NCBI GenBank assembly: GCA_036679605.1
Contig: JAZDCZ010000291.1
Location: 26,168 to 90,167 of the forward strand
Direction of reading: 5' to 3'
Length of the DNA stretch: 64,000 bases
Origin: Gemmatimonadota bacterium
GTDB taxonomy: Bacteria > Gemmatimonadota > Gemmatimonadetes > Gemmatimonadales > GWC2-71-9
Numbering within the stretch: position 1 is the first letter of the stretch; each line of letters begins with the position of its first letter. The notes beneath the pieces are model-generated. The model did no database searches. It worked only from the letters and a program-made list of their open reading frames with translations, and was not told where the DNA came from. The position numbers and the translations under genes are program-made. Shown here one piece after another: positions 41,136 through 51,979 of the stretch.

Positions 41136-43865
41136 ATGACTGAGATTACCCAACGCTTGAGTTCCGCGCTCGCCGATCGCTACCGCATCGAACGCCGCCT
41201 AGGCGAAGGCGGCATGGCCACCGTCTACTTAGCAGAAGATCTCAAGCACAAGCGTAAGGTCGCGGTCAAAGTACTGCGACCCGAACTCGCCGCGGTTCTT
41301 GGCGCCGAGCGGTTCGTGCAGGAGATCACGACAACGGCGAACTTGCAGCACCCGCACATCCTACCGCTGTTTGACAGTGGGACAGCGGGTGGCCCGGACG
41401 ACGGCATCACGGACGATTCCGAGGACGGGCGAGGCGTGCCTCGCCCTTTCCTCTACTACGTGATGCCTTTCATCGACGGCGAAACACTGCGCGACAAGCT
41501 GAACCGCGAAACCCAACTCGGCATCGAGGAAGCGGTCAACATCACCACCGACATCGCGGACGCGCTGGATTACGCGCACCAGCAGGGGGTAATCCACCGC
41601 GACATCAAGCCGGAGAACATCTTGCTACACAATGGCCGTCCGATGGTGGCGGACTTTGGTATCGCCTTAGCGGTGAGCGCGGCTGCGGGCGGACGGATGA
41701 CGGAGACGGGTCTCTCGCTCGGCACACCGCACTACATGTCGCCCGAGCAGGCAACGGCGGAAAAAGATCTCACAAATCGTTCCGACATTTACTCGTTGGG
41801 CAGCGTGTTGTATGAGATGTTAACCGGTAGCCCACCGCACGTCGGTTCATCGGCGCAGCAGATCATCATGAAGATCGTCGCGGAAGATGTGCAGCCGGTG
41901 ACGGAGTTGCGCAAGTCGGTGCCGCCCCATGTGGCCGCCGCCACTGCCAAGTCATTGGAGAAGTTGGCGGCGGATCGGTTTGAAAGTGCGGCGAAGTTCG
42001 CAGAGGCGTTGGCACGACCGGGCATGGTGGACACCCGCACTTATCGCACTGAGCCGGCTGCCACGTTGGTTACCACATCTGAGCGACTGCGGCGCGCGGG
42101 AGTCTGGGCGGCCTTTGTGGTGCTGGCGGTGGTAGCGCTCTTGGGGTGGCTTACAGCCGGTAGGGCAGCCCGCCGGCCGGTGACGTGGCAATACATCTCG
42201 CTGGGTGACAGTATCCAGGTGCAAATGCTCTTTCCCGCCATGGCCCTTTCCCCGGACGGGAACACGCTGGTCTTCAGGGACAATTCCGTCAACGGTGTCC
42301 TCAGGGTCAAGCGGCGCGGGCAGCTCCGCTCCACGGTGATTCCGGGGACGGAACGGGCGAATATCCCCGTGTTCTCACCCGAAGGCGAGTGGGTTGCGTT
42401 CGTCGCGGACGGGCGGCTCAGGAAAGTGCGTGCGTCTGGAGGGGCAGCCGTCACACTTGCCGACACCGTGGCCGGCGTATACGGTGGCGCCACCTGGCTC
42501 GATGATGGCACGCTCGTCTACGTGGTGCCGGCACTGAACGAACTTCGCCGGGTGAGCGCGTCGGGTGGTCAGAGCACAGTCGTGTTGAGGGACACTTCGC
42601 TGGTAGGTGGTGGCATGGGATATCCCGTTGCCCTGCCTGGTGCCCGCGGTGTCCTGTTCCAGTACTGTGCGTCCGCGTGTGTGACGCTGCAGATTCACGT
42701 GCTGGACTTGAGCACGGGCCGGCAGAAGCTCTTGCTCGAGGACATCGTCCAGGCCTGGTACCTGCCCAGCGGGTACCTGATGTATGTGCGGCGGGATGGA
42801 GTGGTCCTGGCGGCGCCCTTTGACCTCGACGCGCTCGAGATCACGGGTGAAGCCGTCCCGATCCTCGAGGAGGTGGAGGTCCGGGCGCAGATCGGGTACG
42901 CGGCCCTGGCCTGGTCGACGTCCGGCACGCTGGTATACGTACAGCGCCAGGGCGCCACAGTCGGCAACCTGATGTTGATGGTATCGCGGGAAGGCGCTGC
43001 AGTGCCCATTGATACCACCTGGGTGGGCGAATTCAACTCGCTTGCCCTGTCTCCGGGTGGGAGGCGACTCGCGGTGGGATCGGGTTTTGGCACGGGCCTC
43101 AACATCTGGATCAAACAGCTCGATCGCGGACCGTTTACCAGGCTCTCGTTTGGAAACGCCGATCGCCGGCCGGCCTGGTCACCGGATGGAAGGTCCGTCG
43201 CGTTCATCCGGGACACGGCGGGTACCAGCATGGTGTACTCCCGCCCCGTGGATGGGAGCGGATCGGACCGCTTCATGGCGTCGCTGGACCGTCCGATCCA
43301 GGAGATTGATTGGTCGAAGGACGGTCAGTGGCTGCTGCTCCGCACGGACAACGGCGCGGTAGGCGCGGGCGACATCGTAGGCGTTCGTACGAGTGCCGAC
43401 ACGACCCCGGTGCCGCTGGTCGCCAGCCAGTTTTCGGAACTGCACCCGGCGCTTTCCCCGGACGGACGCTGGCTGGCGTATTCGTCGAACGAGTCGGGCA
43501 TTCCGGAGATCTACGTGCGTCCGTTCCCCAACACGGACGACGGGCGCTGGCAGGTATCGAATGGAGGCGGGACGGAACCCGCCTGGTCAGCCAATGGGCA
43601 AGAGATCTTCTACGCCGCTCGCGGGAACCAGATGATGGCGGCACAGGTGAGTCCCGGGAGGAGCTTCTTCGTGAGCGAACTCCGGCCGCTGTTCGATGGA
43701 TCTGCGCTCAACTTCGATGGCTTCCACCAATCGTACTCGGTCACGGCCGACGGTCAGCATTTCATTTTTATCAGCGCGCAGTTCGCCGGTCAGCCGCAGT
43801 CGGGACCGCAGTTGGTGTGGGCTGATCACTGGTTCACGGAACTCCGGAGTCAGCTAAGACGATGA
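41136..43865 (+). CDS. Ser/Thr protein kinase K8 (kinase-TM-PD40 propeller)
   Basis: ATG 41136, MTEITQRLSS; motifs intact; same insert after LFDSG as K3 and K11. Confidence 0.92.
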   Translation: MTEITQRLSSALADRYRIERRLGEGGMATVYLAEDLKHKRKVAVKVLRPELAAVLGAERFVQEITTTANLQHPHILPLFDSGTAGGPDDGITDDSEDGRGVPRPFLYYVMPFIDGETLRDKLNRETQLGIEEAVNITTDIADALDYAHQQGVIHRDIKPENILLHNGRPMVADFGIALAVSAAAGGRMTETGLSLGTPHYMSPEQATAEKDLTNRSDIYSLGSVLYEMLTGSPPHVGSSAQQIIMKIVAEDVQPVTELRKSVPPHVAAATAKSLEKLAADRFESAAKFAEALARPGMVDTRTYRTEPAATLVTTSERLRRAGVWAAFVVLAVVALLGWLTAGRAARRPVTWQYISLGDSIQVQMLFPAMALSPDGNTLVFRDNSVNGVLRVKRRGQLRSTVIPGTERANIPVFSPEGEWVAFVADGRLRKVRASGGAAVTLADTVAGVYGGATWLDDGTLVYVVPALNELRRVSASGGQSTVVLRDTSLVGGGMGYPVALPGARGVLFQYCASACVTLQIHVLDLSTGRQKLLLEDIVQAWYLPSGYLMYVRRDGVVLAAPFDLDALEITGEAVPILEEVEVRAQIGYAALAWSTSGTLVYVQRQGATVGNLMLMVSREGAAVPIDTTWVGEFNSLALSPGGRRLAVGSGFGTGLNIWIKQLDRGPFTRLSFGNADRRPAWSPDGRSVAFIRDTAGTSMVYSRPVDGSGSDRFMASLDRPIQEIDWSKDGQWLLLRTDNGAVGAGDIVGVRTSADTTPVPLVASQFSELHPALSPDGRWLAYSSNESGIPEIYVRPFPNTDDGRWQVSNGGGTEPAWSANGQEIFYAARGNQMMAAQVSPGRSFFVSELRPLFDGSALNFDGFHQSYSVTADGQHFIFISAQFAGQPQSGPQLVWADHWFTELRSQLRR

Positions 43866-43925
43866 GCGAGGTCACCTGCAGTCCCGAACCCACGAGAGCC
43901 GGGAACCGCTCATGAAAGAACCCCG

Positions 43926-46535
43926 ATGAGCGAAATCAACGAGAAACTCAAAGTCGCCCTAGCCGATCGCTATAAGATCGAACGCCGCCTAGGCGAAGGC
44001 GGCATGGCCACCGTCTACTTAGCAGAAGATCTCAAGCACAAGCGTAAGGTCGCGGTCAAAGTGCTGCGACCCGAACTCGCCGCGGTGTTGGGCGCCGAGC
44101 GTTTTGTGCAGGAGATCACGACCACTGCGAATCTCCAACATCCGCACATCCTCCCGCTTTTCGATTCGGGAGAAGCCGACTCTTTTCTTTATTATGTGAT
44201 GCCGTTCATCGACGGCGAGACACTGCGCGACAAGCTGAATCGCGAAACGCAGCTCGGCATCGAGGAAGCGGTCAACATCACGACGGCCATCGCGGACGCT
44301 CTCGACTATGCCCATCGGCAGAACGTCATCCATCGAGATATCAAGCCCGAGAACATCTTGCTGCACGAGGGCCGGCCGATGGTGGCGGACTTCGGGATCG
44401 CATTGGCGGTGAGTGCGGCGGCCGGCGGACGGATGACCGAAACCGGTCTCTCGCTTGGCACGCCGCACTACATGAGTCCGGAGCAGGCGACTGCGGAGAA
44501 GGATCTCACGAACCGCTCCGACATCTATTCGTTGGGTAGCGTGCTGTACGAGATGTTGACGGGTGAACCGCCACACACAGGAGCCTCGGCGCAGGCGATC
44601 GTCATGAAGATCGTGACGGATGAGGCGCGGCCGGTTACGGAGTTGCGCAAGTCGGTGCCGCCGCATGTAGCCGCTGCAACGGCAAAGTCGCTGGAGAAGC
44701 TCGCGGCTGACCGGTTCGAGAGTGCGGCGAAGTTTGCGGAGGCACTCACGAATCCGGCGTTCGCGCTGCCCACGACGCAAGCGGCACCGTCCCCGAGTGC
44801 CCCGCTGAGCGATCAGTGGAAAGGCCGCGCCGTAGCAGCCATAGGCGTTGCGGCGGTAATGACTGGCCTGTTGGCCTGGACGCTGGTGCGGCCTCGGTCC
44901 GGCACGGATAACCCGCCGATGCGCTTTGCGTTCACGATGGGAAGTCCGCTCGACGGAGATCTGGAGCTGGCTATCTCGCCCGACGGCCAACGCATTGCAC
45001 AACCCTACGCTGACAGTTCGGGCACTCCGCGCTTGGTGGTGCGAGAGTTTGCAACCACAACGCTCAGGGCAGTCCCGGGCACCGAGGGTGCAGCACGCCC
45101 CTTTTTCTCTCCCGACGGAGCGTGGATCGGCTTCAGCGCTGGAGTGGGTCTCAGAAAAGTCCCGATTGACGGCGGTGCCGCCATCGAGATCACGGACTCC
45201 TGCGAGGGCGGAACCTGGGGACCGGCCGATGTCATAGTGTGCGTGTCCAACTCCAACTGGGGACTCGCACGTGTCTCGGCGAACGGAGGCGAGTTAGAGC
45301 AGTTGACCGTACCCGACACGGCGAATGGCGAAATCGGACACTGGAAACCGCAGATCTTGCCGGACGGCAACGCGGTGATATTCGTGAGTTACAGGCGCCC
45401 CACGACACGTATCGAGGCCTACGATCTCGCTACTGGCGACCGCACGGTGCTGGTCGAGCGCGCCATCTACGCTCGTTACTCACCGACCGGCCATCTGTTG
45501 TATGTCGACGGGGGCGCCCTGTTCGCGATCCGTTTCGATGCCAAGAGCCTTCGTACCGAGGGAAGCGCGATACCGCTCCTCACGGATGTTGCAGCTATTC
45601 CCAGCGACGCGAGCGCCGGACTCGCTGTCGCAGCGAACGGCACGCTGGTGGCTGTCCAGGCTGCCGACTGGGATCGGCAGAGCAAGGTTGTCTGGGTTGA
45701 CCGGAACGGGAGGGAACAGCCCGCACTCTCTGACGCCGGCCAGTATAGTGATCTTCGACTGGCTTCAAATGAACGCCGCTTCGTCGTGACGAACACGAGG
45801 GAGGGAGGACGCCAAATCTGGCTCTACGACTTCGACCGCGGTGCACTGACCCAGTTGACCCGGTCAGGTCTGTCGGCATTGCGGCCGGTCTGGACACCGG
45901 ACGGTCGGAGTGTGGTCTTCACCAACGAGACGCCGTCATACGATGTCTTTCAGATTGCTGTCGACGGCAGCACGCCGGCGCTCCCAATCGTTGAAAACGT
46001 TCACGACAAGTACCCCGAGTCGGTGTCGCCGAACGGGAAAATGTTGGCATATCATGACCGGTGGGATCAAGGTGGCCGGATCATGCTCGTACCCCTCGAC
46101 GTCAGCAATCCACCGGCGCCGTTCGCCGACTCGTCGATGTCGCTAATGCAGGATCCCGCGTTCTCCCCGGACGGGAAGTGGCTGGTGTATGTCGGTGGTG
46201 CTGGATCGGGTTCAGACGTCTACGTTCGAGCAGTGGACGGAAGCGGCGGAAGGCTACAGGTCTCGGTCGACGGCGGGACGGACCCACGTTGGACGCGCGG
46301 TGGACGCGAGATCGTGTATCGCAAGGGAAACGCGTTCTTGGCGGTGAGCGTCGATCTTGCGCGCGGTGAGGTGGGAACACCCAACGTCCTGTTCCGGAGT
46401 CGGTATGGGGATTACGACGCGACCGCCAACGGCAACCGGTTTTTGATCCTCAAGCCGATCGAGCGGCCGGAAGCGCTGCCGATTCTTGTGTTGTTCAACT
46501 GGATCGAGGAGTTGAAACAGAGGGTTGGGAACTAG
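43926..46535 (+). CDS. Ser/Thr protein kinase K9 (kinase-TM-PD40 propeller)
   Basis: Motifs intact; ends WIEELKQRVGN*. Confidence 0.92.
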   Translation: MSEINEKLKVALADRYKIERRLGEGGMATVYLAEDLKHKRKVAVKVLRPELAAVLGAERFVQEITTTANLQHPHILPLFDSGEADSFLYYVMPFIDGETLRDKLNRETQLGIEEAVNITTAIADALDYAHRQNVIHRDIKPENILLHEGRPMVADFGIALAVSAAAGGRMTETGLSLGTPHYMSPEQATAEKDLTNRSDIYSLGSVLYEMLTGEPPHTGASAQAIVMKIVTDEARPVTELRKSVPPHVAAATAKSLEKLAADRFESAAKFAEALTNPAFALPTTQAAPSPSAPLSDQWKGRAVAAIGVAAVMTGLLAWTLVRPRSGTDNPPMRFAFTMGSPLDGDLELAISPDGQRIAQPYADSSGTPRLVVREFATTTLRAVPGTEGAARPFFSPDGAWIGFSAGVGLRKVPIDGGAAIEITDSCEGGTWGPADVIVCVSNSNWGLARVSANGGELEQLTVPDTANGEIGHWKPQILPDGNAVIFVSYRRPTTRIEAYDLATGDRTVLVERAIYARYSPTGHLLYVDGGALFAIRFDAKSLRTEGSAIPLLTDVAAIPSDASAGLAVAANGTLVAVQAADWDRQSKVVWVDRNGREQPALSDAGQYSDLRLASNERRFVVTNTREGGRQIWLYDFDRGALTQLTRSGLSALRPVWTPDGRSVVFTNETPSYDVFQIAVDGSTPALPIVENVHDKYPESVSPNGKMLAYHDRWDQGGRIMLVPLDVSNPPAPFADSSMSLMQDPAFSPDGKWLVYVGGAGSGSDVYVRAVDGSGGRLQVSVDGGTDPRWTRGGREIVYRKGNAFLAVSVDLARGEVGTPNVLFRSRYGDYDATANGNRFLILKPIERPEALPILVLFNWIEELKQRVGN

Positions 46536-46552
46536 AACGGAAAGGGGGTTCT

Positions 46553-47578
46553 GTGGACATGAGTGTCAATCCTTCTCACATCATGCAGGTCGGCTCGGGT
46601 TTTTGGGCGTCCAAAGTATTGCTCACGGCAGTTGAATTCGGTGTCTTCACTCGACTGGGCAACGGGCCGATGACGGGCAAGGATCTAGAGTCCGCACTTG
46701 CATTGCATCCACGTGCAACGTGGGATTTTCTCGACGCCCTGGTGGCGCTCAAGTTTCTCGACCGGGATGGCGAGGGTGAACACGCGAGGTATCGCAACAC
46801 CGCCGACACCGCCGCGTTCCTCGACGAGAATAGTCCGGAGTACATCGGGGGCATTCTCAAGATGTTCAACGCGCGCCTGTTCGGCTTTTGGAATGACCTG
46901 GGAACCGCCTTGCGCACTGGGCAGCCACAAAACGAAACAAAAGAGGGTGGTCCTTCTACGTTCGAAGAACTCTATCGCGACCAGGTGAAGCTAGAGGAGT
47001 TCGTTAACGCCATGAGCGGGATTTCGGCGGGCAACTTCATGGCGCTGGCCAAGCAATTCAACTTCTCGGAGTACGAGACCCTCTGCGACGTGGGCGGATC
47101 AAGCGGCCTGTTGAGCATCCTCGTCGCCAAGGAGCATCCCAACCTCAAGTGCACTAGCTTCGATTTGCCACCGATCGCACCGATCGCGCAGAAGAACATC
47201 GATGCTGCTGGACTGAGCGACCGCATCACGACGGCACGTGGCGACTTCTTTAAGGCTCCGCTGCCCAAGGCTGATGTAATCACGATGGGTATGATTCTGC
47301 ACGACTGGGACCTCGATCATAAGAAGCAGCTTATTCGGGCCGCTTATGAGGCGCTGCCTGACGGAGGAGCGCTCATCGCTATCGAGAATATCATTGACGA
47401 CGCCCGCCGCGAGAACACGTTCGGTCTGCTTATGTCGCTTAACATGCTTATTGAATTCGGAGCGGCCTTCGACTTTACAGGTGCTGACTACGGTGTTTGG
47501 TGCAAAGAGGCGGGCTTCAAGAAGGTCGAAATCGTGCCACTGGCGGGACCGGCCAGCGCCGGCGTTGCGTTCAAGTAG
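46553..47578 (+). CDS. SAM-dependent O-methyltransferase with dimerisation domain
   Basis: LCDVGGSSG, FDLP, GDFF, ILHDW. Start is GTG 46553 or ATG 46559. Confidence 0.88.
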   Translation: MDMSVNPSHIMQVGSGFWASKVLLTAVEFGVFTRLGNGPMTGKDLESALALHPRATWDFLDALVALKFLDRDGEGEHARYRNTADTAAFLDENSPEYIGGILKMFNARLFGFWNDLGTALRTGQPQNETKEGGPSTFEELYRDQVKLEEFVNAMSGISAGNFMALAKQFNFSEYETLCDVGGSSGLLSILVAKEHPNLKCTSFDLPPIAPIAQKNIDAAGLSDRITTARGDFFKAPLPKADVITMGMILHDWDLDHKKQLIRAAYEALPDGGALIAIENIIDDARRENTFGLLMSLNMLIEFGAAFDFTGADYGVWCKEAGFKKVEIVPLAGPASAGVAFK

Positions 47579-47619
47579 TCTAGGATTTCTCTGAGATCCT
47601 CTTCGATTCTCCTCTCATC

Positions 47620-47778
47620 ATGACCAAGATCATTCGCTCGGTTCTCGACCGCCCTCGTGCGTTCTTCAATTCTCGCGCTCGGCGGCTTAGGGCAAGAAGT
47701 GCATCCATAAGGATGCTGTTCCTGGCCGAGCCCGCCCTCCAGGGTGGGACTACTCGCGGAACGGTCGCATAGGTTGCA
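47620..47778 (+). repeat. Degenerate kinase head (47620-47657) followed by a promoter repeat truncated in its -10 box (47701-47778)
   Basis: ATGACCAAGATCA...TCTCGACCGCCCTCG. GCATCCATAAGGATGC...CCCGCCCTCCAGGGTGGGACTACTCGCGG matches 38647-38724. Confidence 0.75.
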
Positions 47779-47850
47779 GGCCAGTGCCCCATAACCGACA
47801 GTGAAGCAGGCCCGCCGGCTGACATCGTAGCCGACGGGCCCGTTCTTCAT

Positions 47851-49167
47851 CTACCGACGGATCGTGCGATAGCGACCGAGGTCGCGGTAGCGGTCGAATA
47901 GACGTTCCTGCCGGCTGTCGTTCGGGATCTCACGACCTCCGATGAACACGTGCTCGGCGGAGGTTGAGAGTTCGAACGGGTCGCCGGACCAGACGACGAT
48001 GTCGGCGACCTTGCCTTCTTCGAGGCTTCCCATATGGTCACTCACGCCCCAGACCGTCGCGGGGCCGAGTGTCACGGCCCGTAGTGCTGCTGCATGGTCC
48101 ATTCCGTTGGCAACTGCGAGTCCGGCGTAGTGCGTAATGGCACGTCCACCGGTCAGCAGCACTTCGACACCGGCTGCTTGCAGTCGTCCGGCATTCTCGA
48201 GCGACGCCGACAGCCCGTCAAACGTAGGGAGGTTCGTCGTGGCCCTGACGATCACGGCGATGTCTGCGGCGGTGAGCGCAGCGGCGACTTGCCATCCTTC
48301 GGCCGCGCCAACGATCACCATGTGGATGTCAAACTCGTTCTTGAGCTTGATTGCCAGATGCAGATCGCTCCTGCGGTTCGCGGTGACCACCAGTGGGATT
48401 TCACCCGACAACACTGCCCCGAGCGCTTCGAGGTCGCGATCTTTCAAACTCGATCGTCCGCCTTTGGCCTGGGGATCGTCATTCTCGTCGTCGTCTTTCT
48501 TCTTGTCGTCATCGTCATCGTCGTCATCACCGCCCAGCAGTTTGGCGCGGGCATCCCACAGGGCATCGTGAAGTCGCCGATAGTTCGCCGCCCGCGATCC
48601 ACCAGCGCGACGGGATCCGGTTTCACCCATGGCCGTGTAGATCGCCACGGACTCAACGCGGATCATGTCGGCAACGGTCTCGCCGTCAAGGGCAATCACC
48701 GATCCTTGTCCGGTGAACAGCTCGTTCCCGCCCGGGCGTAAGACGGCAGATGTCAATCCGCGAACGCGTGTGTTGGGTATGTACGTGTTCTCAGGGTTGA
48801 CTGCCCATACAGGGTTGAACGACGCACCGAGGTCATCTTCCGTGGTTGTTGCATCCATCGTGCCCGGAGCCCCGTTGCCGATCTCGCCGAGACCGATCTG
48901 CGAGTAAGAATCCATGAAGCCGGGGGTGACCACCTTGCCGGTTCCGTCTAAAGTCGTAGCACCCGCGGGCACGGAAACATTCGCACCGACGGCGGCGATG
49001 CGACCATCGCGCAGGACGATCGTCCCGCGCTGAATCGTACCGGCGGATATCGTTTGGATCTCTACGTTTGTAATTGCGATGGTCTGTGCCGCGGCCGGTA
49101 CCGTTAGGGTTCCCAGGGCCGCGAGTGCGAGTGCGGCTAGCACCGCGCGTTGCGTGATGTTGTTCAT
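47851..49167 (-). CDS. Amidohydrolase family protein (metal ligands degenerate)
   Basis: VTPGFMDSYSQIG, GSLEEGKVADIVVWSGDP; overlaps the upstream partner gene. Confidence 0.8.
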   Translation of the reverse strand: MNNITQRAVLAALALAALGTLTVPAAAQTIAITNVEIQTISAGTIQRGTIVLRDGRIAAVGANVSVPAGATTLDGTGKVVTPGFMDSYSQIGLGEIGNGAPGTMDATTTEDDLGASFNPVWAVNPENTYIPNTRVRGLTSAVLRPGGNELFTGQGSVIALDGETVADMIRVESVAIYTAMGETGSRRAGGSRAANYRRLHDALWDARAKLLGGDDDDDDDDKKKDDDENDDPQAKGGRSSLKDRDLEALGAVLSGEIPLVVTANRRSDLHLAIKLKNEFDIHMVIVGAAEGWQVAAALTAADIAVIVRATTNLPTFDGLSASLENAGRLQAAGVEVLLTGGRAITHYAGLAVANGMDHAAALRAVTLGPATVWGVSDHMGSLEEGKVADIVVWSGDPFELSTSAEHVFIGGREIPNDSRQERLFDRYRDLGRYRTIRR

Positions 49168-50561
49168 CGTCCCACCTCCCCGTCCATTCCAACCATGAAG
49201 TCGCCGAATACGAGTGGATCCGGCGCGTTGCGGTTGTACATCATCGCGCCGTCGATAAAGACGTGTTCGGCGTGTGAGTACACACTGAACGGATCACCCG
49301 TCCAGATGACGAGGTCTGCCATCTTGCCAACCTCGAGCGACCCGGTGCGGTCTCCGATGCCCAACGCCTTGGCCGGATTCGAGGTGATCCAACGGATCGC
49401 CTGCTCACGAGGGATGTCGATCCCCTCTTCCCGCGCGGCCCGCATGGCGATCGCCGAGTGTTGGTTGAGACGTTGGATTTCCACCGGAGAATCCGAGTGC
49501 ACGATCGCGCATGCTCCTGCCTCATGGACGAGAGCGACGTTCTCCTCGATGCCGTCGTACGCTTCGAGCTTGAAGCCCCAGTTGCCCGAGCCCCACATCG
49601 AGGCGCAGATGTCGTTCTCCGCCAGATAGTCGCGGATCTTGTAGGCCTCGACCGCGTGGTGAAACGAAGCGATCGAGTATCCGAACTCGTTGGCGATGTT
49701 GATCATGTTGACCATCTCGTCGCCGCGGTAGCAGTGATTGTGGACACGGATCTCGCCCACGAGCACGGCCGCCAGTGTTTCCAGTTGCAGATCGCGTTCG
49801 GGAATGTCTTTGGGTTTGGAGCCGTCGGCCCACCACTCCTGCCACTTGCGCAGGTACTCCTGTGCAGCGATCCAACCCAGCCGGTAACCGGCACCGTTCC
49901 CCATTGCCGAGCTGGGCGCGCGATCCTGTCGACCGTACACCCGCTTGGGGTTTTCACCGCACGCCATCTTCAGCCCGTGTGGTGCGCCGGGGAACTTCAT
50001 CCCCTGTACTGTTCGCGACGGAACGTTCTTGAGCGTCACGCCGCGTCCGCCAAACAGGTTGCCGGAGCCGGGGAGGATCTGTAGTGACGTGATGCCGCCC
50101 GCGAGCGCATGCCCGAAGCCGGCGTCCTGCGGCCACACGCCGTGCTCCGCCCACACCTCGGCGGTGTTCGGGTCGGTGAGTTCGTTCCCGTCGTTTTGCG
50201 ACGCGATCCCCGGAGACGGGTAGTTCCCGAGGTGCGAGTGTGTGTCGATCAGGCCGGGCGTCACCCACTTCCCGCTCGCGTCGATCACTGTTGCACCCGA
50301 GGGGACGGAAACGCTTGTCCCTATCTCGACGATCGCGCCGCCGCGCATCACGATCGAACCGCCGTCGATGCGTTGACCTGTACCGGTCAGGATCGTGGCG
50401 TTTTGGATCACCGTCGTCGTCGACGGAAACGGCTGATAGGTCGACGGAAACGGATCCGGGAAAAGCGGCGTTTGTGCCAATGCTGCGGCCGGCCCGGTCA
50501 CGCTCACCAACGCGGCGAGCGCACTGGGTATGGCACGGCGTCTCACGAACTGCCTGAACAT
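49164..50561 (-). CDS. Amidohydrolase family protein
   Basis: PGLIDTHSHLG, LKMACGENPK, HCYR, HSDS, GSLEVGKMAD; GGAGG RBS before ATG 50561. Confidence 0.87.
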   Translation of the reverse strand: MFRQFVRRRAIPSALAALVSVTGPAAALAQTPLFPDPFPSTYQPFPSTTTVIQNATILTGTGQRIDGGSIVMRGGAIVEIGTSVSVPSGATVIDASGKWVTPGLIDTHSHLGNYPSPGIASQNDGNELTDPNTAEVWAEHGVWPQDAGFGHALAGGITSLQILPGSGNLFGGRGVTLKNVPSRTVQGMKFPGAPHGLKMACGENPKRVYGRQDRAPSSAMGNGAGYRLGWIAAQEYLRKWQEWWADGSKPKDIPERDLQLETLAAVLVGEIRVHNHCYRGDEMVNMINIANEFGYSIASFHHAVEAYKIRDYLAENDICASMWGSGNWGFKLEAYDGIEENVALVHEAGACAIVHSDSPVEIQRLNQHSAIAMRAAREEGIDIPREQAIRWITSNPAKALGIGDRTGSLEVGKMADLVIWTGDPFSVYSHAEHVFIDGAMMYNRNAPDPLVFGDFMVGMDGEVGR

Positions 50562-50794
50562 TGGGACCTCCTGGTCGTTGGCTTTCGATGCTATGGCAGA
50601 CCCATCGGTGTCTGCACGTCCCGCGGCGAGTGCCGAAGGGGGGGAGAAGGTACGTGTCACTACGGGACTATGCCAACCGGGTCCCGGTCAACGCGACCAG
50701 TGGTCTCCACCGCCCTCACGAGAGGAATGCCTTAATACGCTACAGCAGCAATCGTTTGATCGATTGCCCATACCGAGCGGACCAGCGACATGAC

Positions 50795-51829
50795 CTACGG
50801 TCGGCTCGTTGCATCTACCTCCAAAACGAACCGAACCAAACCTTGGAAGTAGGTCTGTTGATCGTCGTACATGGCCAAATGACTGCCAGCGGGGCAATAC
50901 AGGTAGCGACCGTTCGGGAAGGCACCCGCCATCCACTCCATATGGTCTGGGTCCATCGTGTCGTATGCTGCTCCAATCACGAGCGTTGGCACTTTGATCT
51001 GAGCCAGGTCTGCGGTCCGGTCCCAGTTCGCCAGCTTGCCGCTGGCTCCCAACTCGCTCGGTCCCTGCATTGGGATGTAGACGTCGTTGTTGAGCTTTGC
51101 GAAAGCACGATTGACGGGATCCGGCCACTGATCGGGGGGCATTCGAAGGATGTGATAGACGTAGTGGTGCTCCATCAGAAGCTCCATGTACCGCGGATTG
51201 CCATAGTCCTGTGCCGTGTCCAAAGCCTTGATCTCGGCGAGGACCGCTGGGTCCATCGACGCCATGAGAACATCTTCGGCGTACTCGTTGTAGGCGGGAA
51301 TGCTCGCCATCATGTTGGAGATGATCAGGCCCTTCAACTTGTCTTGATGTGCAAGAGCGTACTCGATCGCCAGGATACCACCCCAGGATTGTCCGTAGAG
51401 GTAGAAGTCGTTCGCGTCTAGTCCTAGAGTCACGCGTACCTGCTCGACCTCGTCCACGAATCGTGGGATCTCCCAGAGTTCGGGCGCATCCGGCTGGTCC
51501 GAGTACGCCGATCCGAGTTGGTCGTAGTAATAGTATTCAATGCCGGCACCCGGGAAGTAGGAGTCGAAGGCCTCGAGGTACTCGTGGGTGAAACCTGGTC
51601 CACCGTGCAGCAGCAGCACCTTCACGGTCGGGTTGTTTCCGACTCGCTTCGTCCACACTCGGAACCTTCCGCTTGGTGTCTCAATCGGGATCATCTTCAC
51701 CCCGCCGCTGAGGGTATCGTCTCGTCCGGTGTTGTCGAAATAGGAGGAGCGCGAATTTCCTGAGGGAGGTTTCGCGACACACGCCTGAAGTGAGAGGCTC
51801 AGGGCGAGTAGAGAGAGGGTGGTGCGCAT
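50795..51829 (-). CDS. Proline iminopeptidase-family alpha/beta hydrolase (S33), lipoprotein
   Basis: LHGGPG, YDQLG, GQSWGG, GSH; lipobox-like LQAC. Confidence 0.88.
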   Translation of the reverse strand: MRTTLSLLALSLSLQACVAKPPSGNSRSSYFDNTGRDDTLSGGVKMIPIETPSGRFRVWTKRVGNNPTVKVLLLHGGPGFTHEYLEAFDSYFPGAGIEYYYYDQLGSAYSDQPDAPELWEIPRFVDEVEQVRVTLGLDANDFYLYGQSWGGILAIEYALAHQDKLKGLIISNMMASIPAYNEYAEDVLMASMDPAVLAEIKALDTAQDYGNPRYMELLMEHHYVYHILRMPPDQWPDPVNRAFAKLNNDVYIPMQGPSELGASGKLANWDRTADLAQIKVPTLVIGAAYDTMDPDHMEWMAGAFPNGRYLYCPAGSHLAMYDDQQTYFQGLVRFVLEVDATSRP

Positions 51830-51979
51830 GGCTTCAGTTCCTTTGGCCGGAGGGTCCGTGCCCTCATACAGGGGCTGTCTAACGCAAAATCATACAACAG
51901 TCTGCTTTGCGGGCCAGGTGCTTGGTGAAACGGCATCCGCGCTCTAACGATCATCCGCGGCAGCGTATCGTTCGCAGTT

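Noticed and set aside
48481..48530. TCG/TCA trinucleotide run
   Set aside because: Encodes an acidic Asp/Lys linker inside the amidohydrolase; ordinary low complexity.
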